DNA of 64,000 nucleotides, taken from contig MU006000.1 in NCBI GenBank assembly GCA_010093745.1, positions 62,001 to 126,000 on the forward strand, written 5' to 3'. Shown here piece after piece: positions 32,146-43,768 of this stretch (position 1 is the stretch's first letter; the number at the start of each line of letters is the position of its first letter). The position numbers were made by a program, and so were the translations under genes. Below the pieces are notes generated by a model. The model did not search any database. It was not told the origin of the DNA and was given only the letters and a program-made list of their open reading frames with translations. This stretch comes from Piedraia hortae CBS 480.64. Its lineage: Eukaryota.

Positions 32146-33378
32146 ATGCTCACCTTCCGCCGCGCCCTGGCCCTTGCCCTGTGCATGTTAGTGGCCTTCT
32201 TCGTCATCCGCAACGCAACTCACGCGACGGCGCACCCGGCCTACCTGCACAACTCGCCCAAGCCTACGGGCAGCTACTCGGACAACAAGAAGTTACAGGA
32301 CATGCCGCCGGAGCAGCCAAGCACGCGCGCGTCGGTCCAGACATCTTCAACGTCTACCGTTCCGCCGGCGTCGGCGACCTGGGAGGGCGATGATTCCGGC
32401 CGGCCAGTGGCTAAGAAACCGCAGCCACAAATGCCTCTAGAGGATCTCCGGGCGCTGCCGCTACGGTCGCAACTGGCCTACGCCTTTCCCTACGACGTCG
32501 AGAGCAAGTTCCCGGCGTACATTTGGCAAACTTGGAAGACGACGCCAGCGTCGGGCGAGTTTGAGGAGGGATTTCGCGTGCCGGAGGCGTCATGGAGCGA
32601 TCTTCACCCAAGCTTCGTACACGAAGTCATCACTGACGACGTCGCCGTCCATCTCATCCGCCACCTGTATGCCACCATTCCCGAGGTCATCGAGGCATAC
32701 AACGCGCTGCCGGAGCCGGTGCTCAAGGCCGACTTCTTCCGCTATCTGGTACTTCTCGCGCGCGGAGGGATCTACAGCGACATCGACACAACGGCGCTGA
32801 AGTCTGCAGTCGAGTGGGTGCCGGCAAATGTGCCGCGCACGTCTTACGGGCTCGTGGTGGGCATAGAAGCCGATCCGGACCGGCCAGACTGGCAGGAATG
32901 GTACTCCCGCCGCATCCAGTTCTGTCAGTGGACTATCCAAAGCAAACCCGGACATCCAGTACTCATTGACGTCGTTGCCCACATCACCGAGGAAACTATG
33001 CGGCGGAGGACGGCGGGTGAACTGTCCAAGGTGTCTTCGGTCATTGAATTCACCGGCCCCGCTGTGTGGACAGACTCCATTTTCAAGTTCCTCAACGATC
33101 CCGACCATTTCGACATGTCCACCAGCTCCGGAAACATCACTTGGCAGGACTTTACGGGCATGAAGGAGGCCAAGAAAGTGGGAGATGTCATTGTCCTGCC
33201 CATTACAAGCTTCTCGCCGGGCGTCGGCCAAATGGGCGCTGGCGACGACGATGATCCCATGGCATTTGTCAAGCATAGCTTCGAAGGTAAGCGAATCGCC
33301 AGTAGTCACTCTAAGGTCAATGCTAACGCTGCAGCAGGATCTTGGAAACCTGAAAGTGAAAGACACATTGGAAGCTGA
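32146..33378 (+). CDS. OCH1: Initiation-specific alpha-1,6-mannosyltransferase (GT32)
   Basis: N-terminal TM anchor, FPAYIWQTWK, LKADFFRYLVLLARGGIYSDIDT (DxD), GIEADPDRPDW, VLPITSFSPG. Intron 33287-33337. Confidence 0.95.
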   Translation: MLTFRRALALALCMLVAFFVIRNATHATAHPAYLHNSPKPTGSYSDNKKLQDMPPEQPSTRASVQTSSTSTVPPASATWEGDDSGRPVAKKPQPQMPLEDLRALPLRSQLAYAFPYDVESKFPAYIWQTWKTTPASGEFEEGFRVPEASWSDLHPSFVHEVITDDVAVHLIRHLYATIPEVIEAYNALPEPVLKADFFRYLVLLARGGIYSDIDTTALKSAVEWVPANVPRTSYGLVVGIEADPDRPDWQEWYSRRIQFCQWTIQSKPGHPVLIDVVAHITEETMRRRTAGELSKVSSVIEFTGPAVWTDSIFKFLNDPDHFDMSTSSGNITWQDFTGMKEAKKVGDVIVLPITSFSPGVGQMGAGDDDDPMAFVKHSFEGKRIASSHSKVNANAAAGSWKPESERHIGS

Positions 33379-33662
33379 ACTTTTGTTGCGGTTGAATTCG
33401 CCATCTCAAGTGCTGAATGGCGGGTTTTCTGTAGTCTTATAGTATCCATCTTTCTGTTTCCTCCAAGGCAGAGAGCATTCGAAAAACTGGGCGATCTACG
33501 CACCTATAGGGGCCGCTGCGCCCGAGTCAGGCACAAGTTCGAACAGGATGACACGGCCGTGGATAGAACGGCTTCAAAAACTCGTGTGTAAATTACAAAA
33601 TGTTCTGATCATCACCGTTTATGAAACATTACAAAGTACAAATCTCTACCTAGAAATTCGTC

Positions 33663-34742
33663 CTAAAAGTCATAATAATACCGGAATTCACTCCACCAGT
33701 AGTAAACGAAGTTAATGAGCAGTAGGATCGGGATCATTTCGACCCAAGCCGGTAGCGTTTCCCACAACTCCTTCAGACCTTGCCACGCGCCCACTTTCTG
33801 TGGCTTGGCCAGTCTGGCCGGCCTAGCAGGTGTGGCGAACTTGGAAGTTGTGGTGGGCCAAGCCGGAGCGATGGGCCTGGCGGACATTGCAGGTGTGGCA
33901 GGTCTGGCCGGCCTAGCAATAACCGAAGTAGAGGTTGGATGCGGAGGTAAAGCCTCAACCAGGAGCGTTTCAACTTCCGCGAGTTTCTTTGCTGTTTTGA
34001 CAATCTCTCCAAGCTTTACTTCTAGGCTCCCAAGCTTTTGCTCTCCTGTGGTATTCTTTTCCTCAAGCTTCCTGGTCTTCCTGCTGCTTTTCCTGCGCTC
34101 TTTCTGCAGAGCCGCTTGGCCGGCTTCTTGTGCCTCCCGCATCTTTTTCTCTAGAAATTTTACCTGCTTCTCATGTTGCTTTTGGGATATCATCTCGGGG
34201 AACATCTCCTCAAGTGTGCCTGTCTGCGTGCCTTGTGTCATCCTCAATCGAGGTTCTCGCGCGCGTAGCTTCTCCTCCAGCTGTTCGACCTTGGATTCAG
34301 CGAATTCAGCTCTCGTCCTTATATGCTCCAGCTCCTTTGAGACCTCATCTGAGGGAGTGGCGTCGGACTGGGTTTGCAATAAGTTTCGCAACTGCTTTTT
34401 AAGTGCCTTGTTTCCAGCAATCAACTCCTTCATTGACCCTTCTTGCTCGTTTGACTGGCTTTGCCGTGGACCATCGGGTCCTCGGTTCTGGAGAGCCTTT
34501 GCGTAGAACTCAATATTGATACCGGCGGCAGCATTCTGGACTTCGTCTTCCATGGTCCTGCGAATTTCTTCGATTGTGCTTTCGAGGGTATCGATCTTCT
34601 CAAAAGCCGCCGCCTCTAAAGCACGCAGCTCGTCGTTTGACTCTTCCAACCCCCTGCGCTGCTTTTTCTCACCCTGTAGGGCATGGTGCATGCCTGCTAA
34701 CTCTTTCTTGAGCAGCTCAACGATATCCGTGTTCTGTGCCAT
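33663..34742 (-). CDS. Uncharacterised coiled-coil protein with a C-terminal transmembrane anchor
   Basis: Intact 359-aa ORF with E/K/L heptads, a Pro/Ala linker and the hydrophobic tail WVEMIPILLLINFVYYWW. Confidence 0.7.
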   Translation of the reverse strand: MAQNTDIVELLKKELAGMHHALQGEKKQRRGLEESNDELRALEAAAFEKIDTLESTIEEIRRTMEDEVQNAAAGINIEFYAKALQNRGPDGPRQSQSNEQEGSMKELIAGNKALKKQLRNLLQTQSDATPSDEVSKELEHIRTRAEFAESKVEQLEEKLRAREPRLRMTQGTQTGTLEEMFPEMISQKQHEKQVKFLEKKMREAQEAGQAALQKERRKSSRKTRKLEEKNTTGEQKLGSLEVKLGEIVKTAKKLAEVETLLVEALPPHPTSTSVIARPARPATPAMSARPIAPAWPTTTSKFATPARPARLAKPQKVGAWQGLKELWETLPAWVEMIPILLLINFVYYWWSEFRYYYDF

Positions 34743-35431
34743 TCTGATTGCTGGTATATTTGAGAACTGTAATCAGTTCTGCTGGACAGTGATAGACTTA
34801 ACACTGCTTGGCTCCAGTAAGGAAGGAGCAAGAAAGTGCACTTATTTTGTGTTTATCGACTGCTCCGTGTCCAGTTCCGGTGGGAAGTTCGGATGGCTGT
34901 CGCTTCACTGGCTCAGAGGTTTACGTCGTAAGCCACGCACCTGACGGCATATGGGCACAATCTTCAATATCATGGCTTTCTTCATAGACGCATCCGGCGT
35001 GGAATACTACACCCTACCTAACCGTTTCCAAGAAATCTGCCAGAGCCATTGTCTTCCATACAAAGACTGGCAGAGGCTGGCAAAGAACAAAGAATGTCTG
35101 CCATGCCCGAGTAGAAAGGGCGGCGCAAAACGAACAGCTCTTGCAAGAACGAGTGCTGCATATGTACCTTCAACCAGGCAGTGGCCAAGTTTTGGGGATT
35201 GTTGAGAAGGCCTGTCGTGGTCTACCTAAAGCTGCATTTACCGGTTTCGTTCTAGCGTGACCACTAGTCAGGCAGGGACGGGGCCGACGGCATTCTTGAT
35301 CCGGCTTAGTGAGGAGTTGACAGGTCGGCCCGGGAATAACGTTATGACACGGACACAGCAGCAGAATAACACGTCATGACGGGACACAGGCTTGCCCTGG
35401 CAGAGGCTCCTGCACACCACAAGGTCGTAAA

Positions 35432-36553
35432 ATGCAGTCCAAATTCCTGACGACCGCGAGGGCCGCTGCTACCTCGCGCCGTATCCCGTCTCTCGTCATC
35501 AGCCGCACGTTTGCCAGCCGTCCTGCGCTGCTCAAGGATGACGGGCATGACAAGTATTCGACGGCAAGTGAGCTTGGCGCCCATGAAGACGAGGGCCGTT
35601 TCTCTCGCACTGACAAGAACATTCGCGTCGAGTATCCGAAAGAGGAAGAGCTTCCACGCTCTCAGCCAGTGCGTGGCCGTGGTGGATCGCATTCGCTGCG
35701 CACCCTGGCCAGCTTCAGTCTCGAAGGCCGCGTCGGTGTTGTGACGGGCGGCGCGCGCGGGCTGGGCTTGGTCATGAGCCAGGCCCTTGTAGCCAGCGGC
35801 GCTAACGTCGCCCTGGTCGACATGAACGAGGAATTGGCCATCCGCCAGGCTAAGCAGTTGGTCGAGACCTTCCACGCCGAGAATCCTGGCACTACCGAGT
35901 CGCCCAAGGTGACGGCCCACTACGCCGACGTCTCATCTCCAGAATCGATTGATGCTGCCGTCACCTCAATCCTCAAAGAGCACGGCAAAATTGACAATCT
36001 CGTCACGTCGGCCGGCTTCACAGAGAACTTCGATGCCACCATGTATCCCCCGGACCGCATGCGTAAGCTCTGGGCCGTGAATGTGGATGGCACCTATCTA
36101 TTTGCCGTGGCCGTGGCCAAGCATCTTATGGAGCGCAAATCGGCGGGCAGCATGGTGTTTATCGGCAGCATGAGCGGCGCTATTGTCAACGTTCCCCAGC
36201 CCCAGGCGCCTTATAACGCTTCAAAGGCCGCTGTGCGTCATTTGGCGAGCTCCATGGCCGTCGAGTGGGCTCATGCCGGTATCCGCGTCAATTGCATCTC
36301 GCCGGGCTACATGCTTACGCCTTTGTGAGTCACATCCATGTTTGTATCGTATTTCTTTGCTAACTGTGGCAGGACAAAGAAAATCCTGGATGACAACCCG
36401 GAGTTGGCTCAGAAGTGGATTAGTTTGATTCCCCAGGGCAAGATGGGCCGCCCCGAAGATCTCATGGGCGCCGTTACCTTCCTGTGCAGTGATGCCTCTT
36501 CTTACATTACCGGGGCAGATCTGCGCGTGGACGGCGGCTACACCGTGACCTAA
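35432..36553 (+). CDS. SDR oxidoreductase, D-arabinitol 2-dehydrogenase/sorbose reductase-like, with a probable mitochondrial presequence
   Basis: [23 protein letters not shown] (YxxxK), [20 protein letters not shown]. Intron 36325-36372. Arg/Ser/Thr-rich N-terminus. Confidence 0.9.
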
Positions 36554-38120
36554 TTCAGACTCGGCCTTCAACGGCTCAATTAATGATGCAGATTAACAGC
36601 CTGGCTATGAAAGGCTAAGGCTGCAGTCCGTGTTTGCTTTTTGTTCAAATAAAATGTTCTCCTCCCATAAATTGGCCTATTCCCAAGAGCGTTCATACTT
36701 ACAGGAAATAGTTGCATGAAGTATTTTACAAGTCAACGACATTGTAACACGCGTTTACAATGCTAATCTGGCAGCTGACCTGGGCAAATTTCCTGGTTTA
36801 TATACCCCTTCTCTTCTCTTCTTCCCACACTCTGATTCCGCCTTTGGCGAATATTTCGAACCTCTCCTAATCCAAACAAAGATAAAATACTTTCAGTCCA
36901 TGTGGCCACTTCTCATAAGCTTGAAAAGGACGCTATCCACTAGTCCCACCAGCGAGGAACGGCGTAGGCCAGAATCGATATCCTGGAGAAAGCCAAGAAA
37001 GACCTACAAAGTGGAAAGGATTAATCTATTTAGGAGACCATGCATTGTGAGGAAGAGTATGAGCATATATGCAGAGTGCGAACAAACCAAAAGCAAATTA
37101 GCATGAACCCTCACAAAGGAGAGTCAAGATCGCTTGTTACCCACCCAAATCTGTGACTCTTAAACAATGCCGGGATGAGTGCCAAGGCAAAGAACAGGTT
37201 ATCCACGTCGAGAACACCAAATGCACGTACTTGCAGCAAGGTTTAACCAAAGTGCGTCTCTGCGAACCATAAAAAGTGTGATAATCTCCGTCCAAAACCA
37301 AGATGTTCCCTTATCCCTCGAACCTCCCTGCTGCCTTCGGCCCGTTCCGGCCCTTCCCGACACTGACATACATCACACCTGTCACAAAAGAACTCCTCTT
37401 TAATCAGTTGAGCAACCTTCTCAGAGTGTATTAACTGGGCCTCTATATCGAAGATAATCTTTTTGGTTCGAATGATTGAATTTGATGCGCTGTGTGAGCA
37501 GTGCCAAGATTGGGGCGAAAGTAATTAGCAGAGCTGAGAGATACCTCATTCGCACGTGGATGTGCAGGTGCTTAGGAGCCGGCTGTGTTGCGAAGAATGT
37601 CTAACATGCAGAAACCAAAGGATGGGCTGCAACTCCAGGACGAATCGCTGCAAAAGGAGAGGTACTATAGCAGCGAAATTTTGTATGAGTGCGAGTGCGA
37701 GAGGTACGTAAATGCTGTACACACCCAGTCCCGAGTCCAAACTTAGGCTTGCCACGACGAGGCGGACGAGCAGACGAAAGATGACCAAGGCGATGAGCTG
37801 GCAGACCACCTCATAGTCACTCGAACGAAGTGTCAAGCTCACCAAAACCAGATGAAGATGTCATCTTTTTGACAACATTACCGCACAAACGTGCTTTCTA
37901 CCACTATTACTCGGATACACGCACCATGTGTCAACGCTTGACATGGCAGTTTCTCGTCGATTCAGAGGAACTGGTGGAAATGCACAGCGTACTAAATTGA
38001 CGGATTCAATGGACAGATATACTAGCTGTCATTACGGCCGTCGTAAAGGTTTATCCAGCAGCTACGTATCTCAGTGTGCAAGGCCCGGTCCGGTCCGAAG
38101 TCTCTTGGCAACGTGCGAAA

Positions 38121-39848
38121 CTATCCAAACGCCAGCTTTAGTTGTCCTTTATCTAACCTCTTCCGCTTTTCCTGTTTACTCGTCTGCTTTGGCTCACTTT
38201 TGGGAGCACTCGCCAAGACATTCCCTGCTGATCCACTTCCAGGAGAAGGACACCGTTGCAAATCCTGCGCGAAATGAAAATCTTCATGTTCCATTTGCAT
38301 CTCGAGTGGGATTTTCTTGTTACAGCGTTCGCATGCGTAAACCTCTAAGCCAAGGGGCGGACTTTCACCGTCACTTGCGTCAGCGTCTTGTTCGTCTCCT
38401 GTCTCAGATAGTGAACCCTCCCTTTTTCTTTTTCTTTTTCTTTTACCTTGACCTTTGACCAAAAACCCTTCAATGCCTTGGTTGGAGACGGTATCGAATC
38501 CACCGACGCTGACGCTCAGATTTGCACACGGCCATGCACGTCCACCAGCTACGATTTGTGAGAGGAGCGTCTTGGCGTGCTCGAAGAGTCCTTGCTCGTT
38601 AATGATTCCGGCGATTGGTGTCTGCTTGCTGCGCACTTGGCCTGTTTGGCGGAGATGAACGTTCAGCGTGCGCGGACGTCGATGATTATCGAGCCCTTCT
38701 TCAACCATGCGGGAGTAGATGTCTGCTGCGAAGATGCGGAGCCATTTGCACGCTATGGGGAAGCTGTTGATGCTGGGGCGAAAGGACTTGGCTGATAGCA
38801 TGCTTTTGATTTCTGTGCGTGGAGTGACCTCGCTGGTATCTCGACCGCGAAGCATTCCATGCACCCAGACGCCGACTTCCTCGCCGCATGCTTCTTTCAA
38901 ACTGTCCATCGAAACGCACAGCATTTCAGACACCTTTTCCGTTCCAAAGGTATTGGCTATGTTATCGCCCAATTTGCCGCCCAAATGCCGCATTTTGGTG
39001 AAGTTGTAGCCGTTCAGGAAACGTTGAATGGCCCGGTTGCGGATGACGGTCTGGCCATTTGGTTTGCGATAAGCTGAACCCAGCTTTGCCAGCATTTTAT
39101 TACGTGCGATGCCGGCTGAGCAGGTATAATGTAGTTCCGAGCAAATGCGTGCTCGCATGTCTCGTACGATTTCAGATGCTGTGAGGAGACAGACATCGTC
39201 CCAATCTGGATCGTCCTCCTCGCTCTCGCCCTCATCTAAATCTAATAGCGCGTCGGCTGCCCAGACCAGCGCTGTGGTAGGCGGAGCAGGTAGCGACTCC
39301 GAAGGATCATCGTAAGGAGGAGGACCTCGAAGTTCGGGATATCTCTCCAGCAACACGGAATGGACCTGCACTGAAAGATCAAGAAAGACCTCATCTATGC
39401 CGGCTTTTTCCATCCGACGAGACTCTGGCGGCAGGCATTCTTTAATAAGGGACTGAATCTTCCGACTTTCGATGCGATAAGGATCCAGGCTGACCTTCCG
39501 GGAAGCGATTTCCTTTTCGGCTCCATCTGTGTAGCTCCACGTGGTGTCGCCCTCTTTCCACGTGGCTACGTGCTGGCAGATGAGATGAGGACACTTTTCC
39601 TTGGCCTCGGCTACAGACACGTGTCTACCCAGCCCATAAGCACGCGCCGGGTAGTTGATGGCGATAAGGCCCTGCCATTGTTGCACAGCAAGCGGCTGGT
39701 CCGGGTCAAGGCCCAGACGCACCGTCTCACACTGGGCATAAAATGCGTCGAGATCTACATGGGCTATTACACGCAACGGACTGGATGCTTGGCCCAACGA
39801 AGCTAAATCTTTGTATGTGAAGCGCGACCGGAGCTCATACCCTGTCAT
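38121..39848 (-). CDS. RAD30: DNA polymerase eta (Y family)
   Basis: HVDLDAFYAQ, IAINYPAR, KVSLDPYR, AGIDEVFLD, SAGIARNKMLAKL, LGGKLG; C-terminal UBZ CERC...HEDFH. Confidence 0.93.
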   Translation of the reverse strand: MTGYELRSRFTYKDLASLGQASSPLRVIAHVDLDAFYAQCETVRLGLDPDQPLAVQQWQGLIAINYPARAYGLGRHVSVAEAKEKCPHLICQHVATWKEGDTTWSYTDGAEKEIASRKVSLDPYRIESRKIQSLIKECLPPESRRMEKAGIDEVFLDLSVQVHSVLLERYPELRGPPPYDDPSESLPAPPTTALVWAADALLDLDEGESEEDDPDWDDVCLLTASEIVRDMRARICSELHYTCSAGIARNKMLAKLGSAYRKPNGQTVIRNRAIQRFLNGYNFTKMRHLGGKLGDNIANTFGTEKVSEMLCVSMDSLKEACGEEVGVWVHGMLRGRDTSEVTPRTEIKSMLSAKSFRPSINSFPIACKWLRIFAADIYSRMVEEGLDNHRRPRTLNVHLRQTGQVRSKQTPIAGIINEQGLFEHAKTLLSQIVAGGRAWPCANLSVSVGGFDTVSNQGIEGFLVKGQGKRKRKRKREGSLSETGDEQDADASDGESPPLGLEVYACERCNKKIPLEMQMEHEDFHFAQDLQRCPSPGSGSAGNVLASAPKSEPKQTSKQEKRKRLDKGQLKLAFG

Positions 39849-40739
39849 CTCTGGTCATCGTGTGGCCTTGCTGACGCGTAAAATCACGCGCAAAGCGTTT
39901 TGCCTCGCGTCGACCCTGCGTCTCTCGTGCGCCAAGGCTGCATGTTATTGGTCGCACTACAGGTGGAGTCCCAATGTGGGGTTTCTTGGCCAGGCAAGTA
40001 GGAGAAATGCTTACGTCTTGAACGATTTGGCAGTTCGGCAGAGTCACGAGATGCTATCGTAAGCTGTCTACGGGCTTCTGATCTAGAGTTATGCATTTTC
40101 TAAAAAGAATGGACACACAAGCCACAAACCGTTCTCCAACGGTCCCGACTCTTGTTCGTTTCCTGCTACGCGTCAGCCGGTAAGAAAAACGAATGGCGCC
40201 AACTGATTCCAGGCTGAGGATGACTGTCCAGGGATTTGTTACATCTGAAGAGGTCGTTAATAAAAGGCGGAAATTATGACAGAATGACATGGGACCGAAC
40301 GGTCGGAACTTATGCGACGAACTACGCCCAAAACATCTAGAACGTACGGCCGCAGATCCTGCTGTGCCACGCGGATCAGCCCGCTGATGCAAATACCCGA
40401 ACGGTGCACGCGGACAATGCAAACATCCGAGCGATGCACAGCTTACTCACGTGGAAAACGAGATCTGGGGGACAGTGTCTTGCTTGCTCAATTTGCGCGG
40501 CACTGGGCCATAAAGGCCGCTGGGCTAATTACGGCATCCAACGAGACTTCCGCGAACCCGACTGGCAGGTGTACAATTAACACAGGTCACGTGCGCTGCA
40601 CACAAGCGCCCGCAGGCGCGCCTTTCCTATTTGGGCAGTGGCCTCGACTGTCTCCCTGTCCCTCCCAGACCAACTCATTCTTTTGCCCAGTCACAGAGGC
40701 AGGGCAGCCTTCAAGCCCGTCGCTCGCTTCACCACCATA

Positions 40740-41761
40740 ATGGACTACAACGGCTACGGACGCGCTCCGGCCGCCAAAAAGTTTCGCGTTGGCAACATCT
40801 TTGGCGACCCGTTCAGCCTGGCGACGGTCGGTATCGCGATTGTGCGTGTTATTCCATGAACCTATAGCACCTATGCTGACTAGAGGAAAAGTGCGGCTGG
40901 CTCATCGCCTTTGTCAGTTCAATTATTGCTCAAATCTCCCAACGTAACCAGTATCCAAACTACTCATGGTGGGCGCTCGCATACATGTTTTGCGTAATCA
41001 TCGGTGTCGCAACCGCCATCGGCATGAATGCTGTGTATACGTACCACGTTGCGATTGTGGGTTTCCTTGCGGCTGGCCTGGTCTTCACCACGTCCTCTGT
41101 AAATTCTCTCATTTACTGGGCGCAGGGTGCAAAGGAAGCAGCAGCTGCGGGATTCATTCTTCTTTCCATGGTTTCGGTATGTTCATCTGCAAAAGCTCTT
41201 TGGAATTAAGCTAACCATCAGATCGTTTGGATGTTTTATTACGGATCCCAGCCCACTGCAGCTCATCGTCAGACTCTTGATTCTTTCGCCTTACACAAAG
41301 ACCATGCTCCCACCAGCCGCAACAGTCGCCACATGACGCAGGCTTACGGCCGGCCCGAAACGACTCACTCGGCGGGTCCTCCGCAGATGTACAATTCATC
41401 TCAGCTGGCCGGTTTCGAGACGTCTTCACCAGTTACGGGCTATGCCGGTGGACCGGCCGGTGCGCCCGCGCGCGAAAACGGGCCGAATTTTCCCCAACCT
41501 GCCACTAGCCAGAGCAATTTGGCACCCCATTCTGGCCCCGGCACGGGCACCGTAACACCTGCGGGAGCCCCATCGACAGAGTATCCTTACCGGGCAAAGG
41601 CAATCTACAGCTACGAAGCCAACCCTGACGATGCCAACGAAATCTCATTTAGCAAGCACGAGATCCTCGACGTTAGTGACGTTAGTGGACGCTGGTGGCA
41701 AGCCAAAAAGGAGAACGGCGAAACGGGCATCGCACCCAGTAACTATCTCATTCTGCTGTGA
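40740..41761 (+). CDS. SHO1: High-osmolarity signalling protein Sho1 (4 TM + SH3), 3 exons
   Basis: [30 protein letters not shown]3 [23 protein letters not shown]...GIAPSNYL. Introns 40842-40891 and 41177-41221. Confidence 0.95.
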
Positions 41762-42056
41762 GCGTTTACTTGTTTGTCCTTTTGTGTGCCCTGAGCGGCT
41801 ATTGTCGTGACGAGTTGGCATGGCGCTGGGCGGACGGGAACGATACCAGAGGCCATTTTACTCGGTCTGGAGTTCTGGTTTCTTTTGTAGTGATGACTGC
41901 TTCTATTACAGGCATGATCTGTTTGGGTCAGAGGCCTTGTATTCGGTAAAAAAAAAACATCCCTCAATGGCTTGACTTGAACCTTCAGTCCAGCAAGAAT
42001 CCTTCAATGTCTAATTTGAGTCTGACTGTTCTGCCATTCTGCAAAAAAAATTACGT

Positions 42057-42128
42057 TGCAACCATCGGGAGTCGAACCCGAGCCTGCTGCTTGGAAGGCA
42101 GCAATCCTGACCGTTAGACCATGGTTGC
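42057..42128 (-). tRNA. tRNA-Gly(TCC)
   Basis: GCAACCA/TGGTTGC acceptor stem, anticodon arm GCTGC-CTTCCAA-GCAGC, GGTTCGACTCC T-arm, downstream T8 Pol III terminator (42043-42050). Confidence 0.96.
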
Positions 42129-42449
42129 GTGTCACCGTTTGTAATGAAGCGCGTTGTGTTTATATCCTTGGTTGATAACGCCTTGATGATAACTGCTTCC
42201 TTGCAGCATGAAACAGTCACCACAGTTCATTGGGAGATAAGAGTACTTTAAAGCATTGTGCCCGATGCTGCGCTGTGCTCAAAAGGTCCCCTCTTTATTG
42301 AATGGCTTGCCTGTGCTCCTGCACAATCCTTTTCAGCATGGCCTCGTCATCCTCGTGGAGGCTGTGCCTGCAAAAGCAACTAAGCCACATCCTGTCAACA
42401 AAAAACAGGGGCCTACAGTAAATCCCCCGCAAACTGTTCCCAAACCACC

Positions 42450-43354
42450 ATGGCCGACCGCTGCACAAAAGTTACACCACAATGCCCCGTTGAAGCGACG
42501 GTGTATGGCTACAGGCCGAACCTGGGCGGCAACGCCTTTTTCCTGGCGATATTTGCCATCTGTACAGTCGTTCAAATTGTCCTTGCGCTGAAATACCGCG
42601 CCCGACGATCGTTCAGTGTCGTCATGGCTATTGGAACGGCAGGCGAAGCGATCGGCTACGCAGGCCGAGTGATGATGCATTCCAATCCGTGGTCAGGCCC
42701 GGGGTTCAAGACGCAGATTGTTTGTTTAATCTTCTGCCCTACTTTCCTCGCCGCAGCCATCTACCTCACCCTCAAACACCTTGTCATCCACTTTGGAGCC
42801 ATCAAGTCGCGTCTGAAGCCCCAGTTGTACACGTGGATCTTCGTCTCATGCGATATCGTGTCGATCCTCACGCAGTCGGCTGGCGGAGGTGTCGCAGCCT
42901 CGGCGGAGGACAACCCAAAAACTGTCGAACTGGGTGACAATCTGATGATCGCTGGCCTCGCGTTTCAGGTGTTCACCATGTTTGTGTGCATGTGTCTTGC
43001 CGCTGAGTTTGGGTACAAGGTGTATCGTCAGCCGGTTGGTGTTGAGAAGTCGAGAGAGTTGTCGGGGAAGTTCAATTACTATGCCATTTGCTGTTCGGTT
43101 GCGTTTGTGGCAATCTTTATCCGATGTGTTTATCGGTTGCCTGAGATGGCAGGCGGATGGGGTAATTCACTCATGAGAAACGAAACGGCGTTTATGGTTC
43201 TGGATGGAATGTGAGTTGCTTTTTCAGATTGTGCGAGTGACATGCTGATGTGTTCAGGATGATTGCCATTGCGATCATACTGCTTACAATCGCTCATCCT
43301 GCGATCTTCTTCCCGGAGGCTAGTCAAAACAGCCTGCCTCGACTTGGGTCATGA
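42450..43354 (+). CDS. RTA1/RSB1-family multi-TM protein (lipid-translocating exporter-like)
   Basis: YGYRPNL, GEAIGYAGR, PTFLAAAIY, CDIVSILTQSAGGG, IRCVYRLPEMAGGW, FMVLDG. Intron 43211-43257; last exon MIAIAIILLTIAHP. Confidence 0.9.
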
Positions 43355-43768
43355 GCGGTTCATGGGACACGAATGCGTTTTAAGTACTATGTTTTTTTGA
43401 CCACAGTGATGCTCTTGACTCGCTACTGGCTTTGTCGTTGCGTGGAGGAAGGACATGCACATTGCGAAACTTCTGAGAGTCGGCCATTCCGAGGGCAAGT
43501 TGCACCTCGAGAGGAAGTATCGAGCTTATACATTACGAGTTATGAACGTATAGAGATTTCATTAGCACCCCACTCCAGCCATGCATTGCACATTCTTATA
43601 AAGCTTGCTTTACCTGGGGTATCAGTTGCAACCTGGTCGACATTTATCTAGGGATACTGTGGATGCTCTTACAAAATACCTCGAACCAACAAAGTTACTG
43701 CAATGCTGACATGCTACATCAATTGTAACGATACGTCACACCTCATTCCTTCCATACAGCGAAAACTC

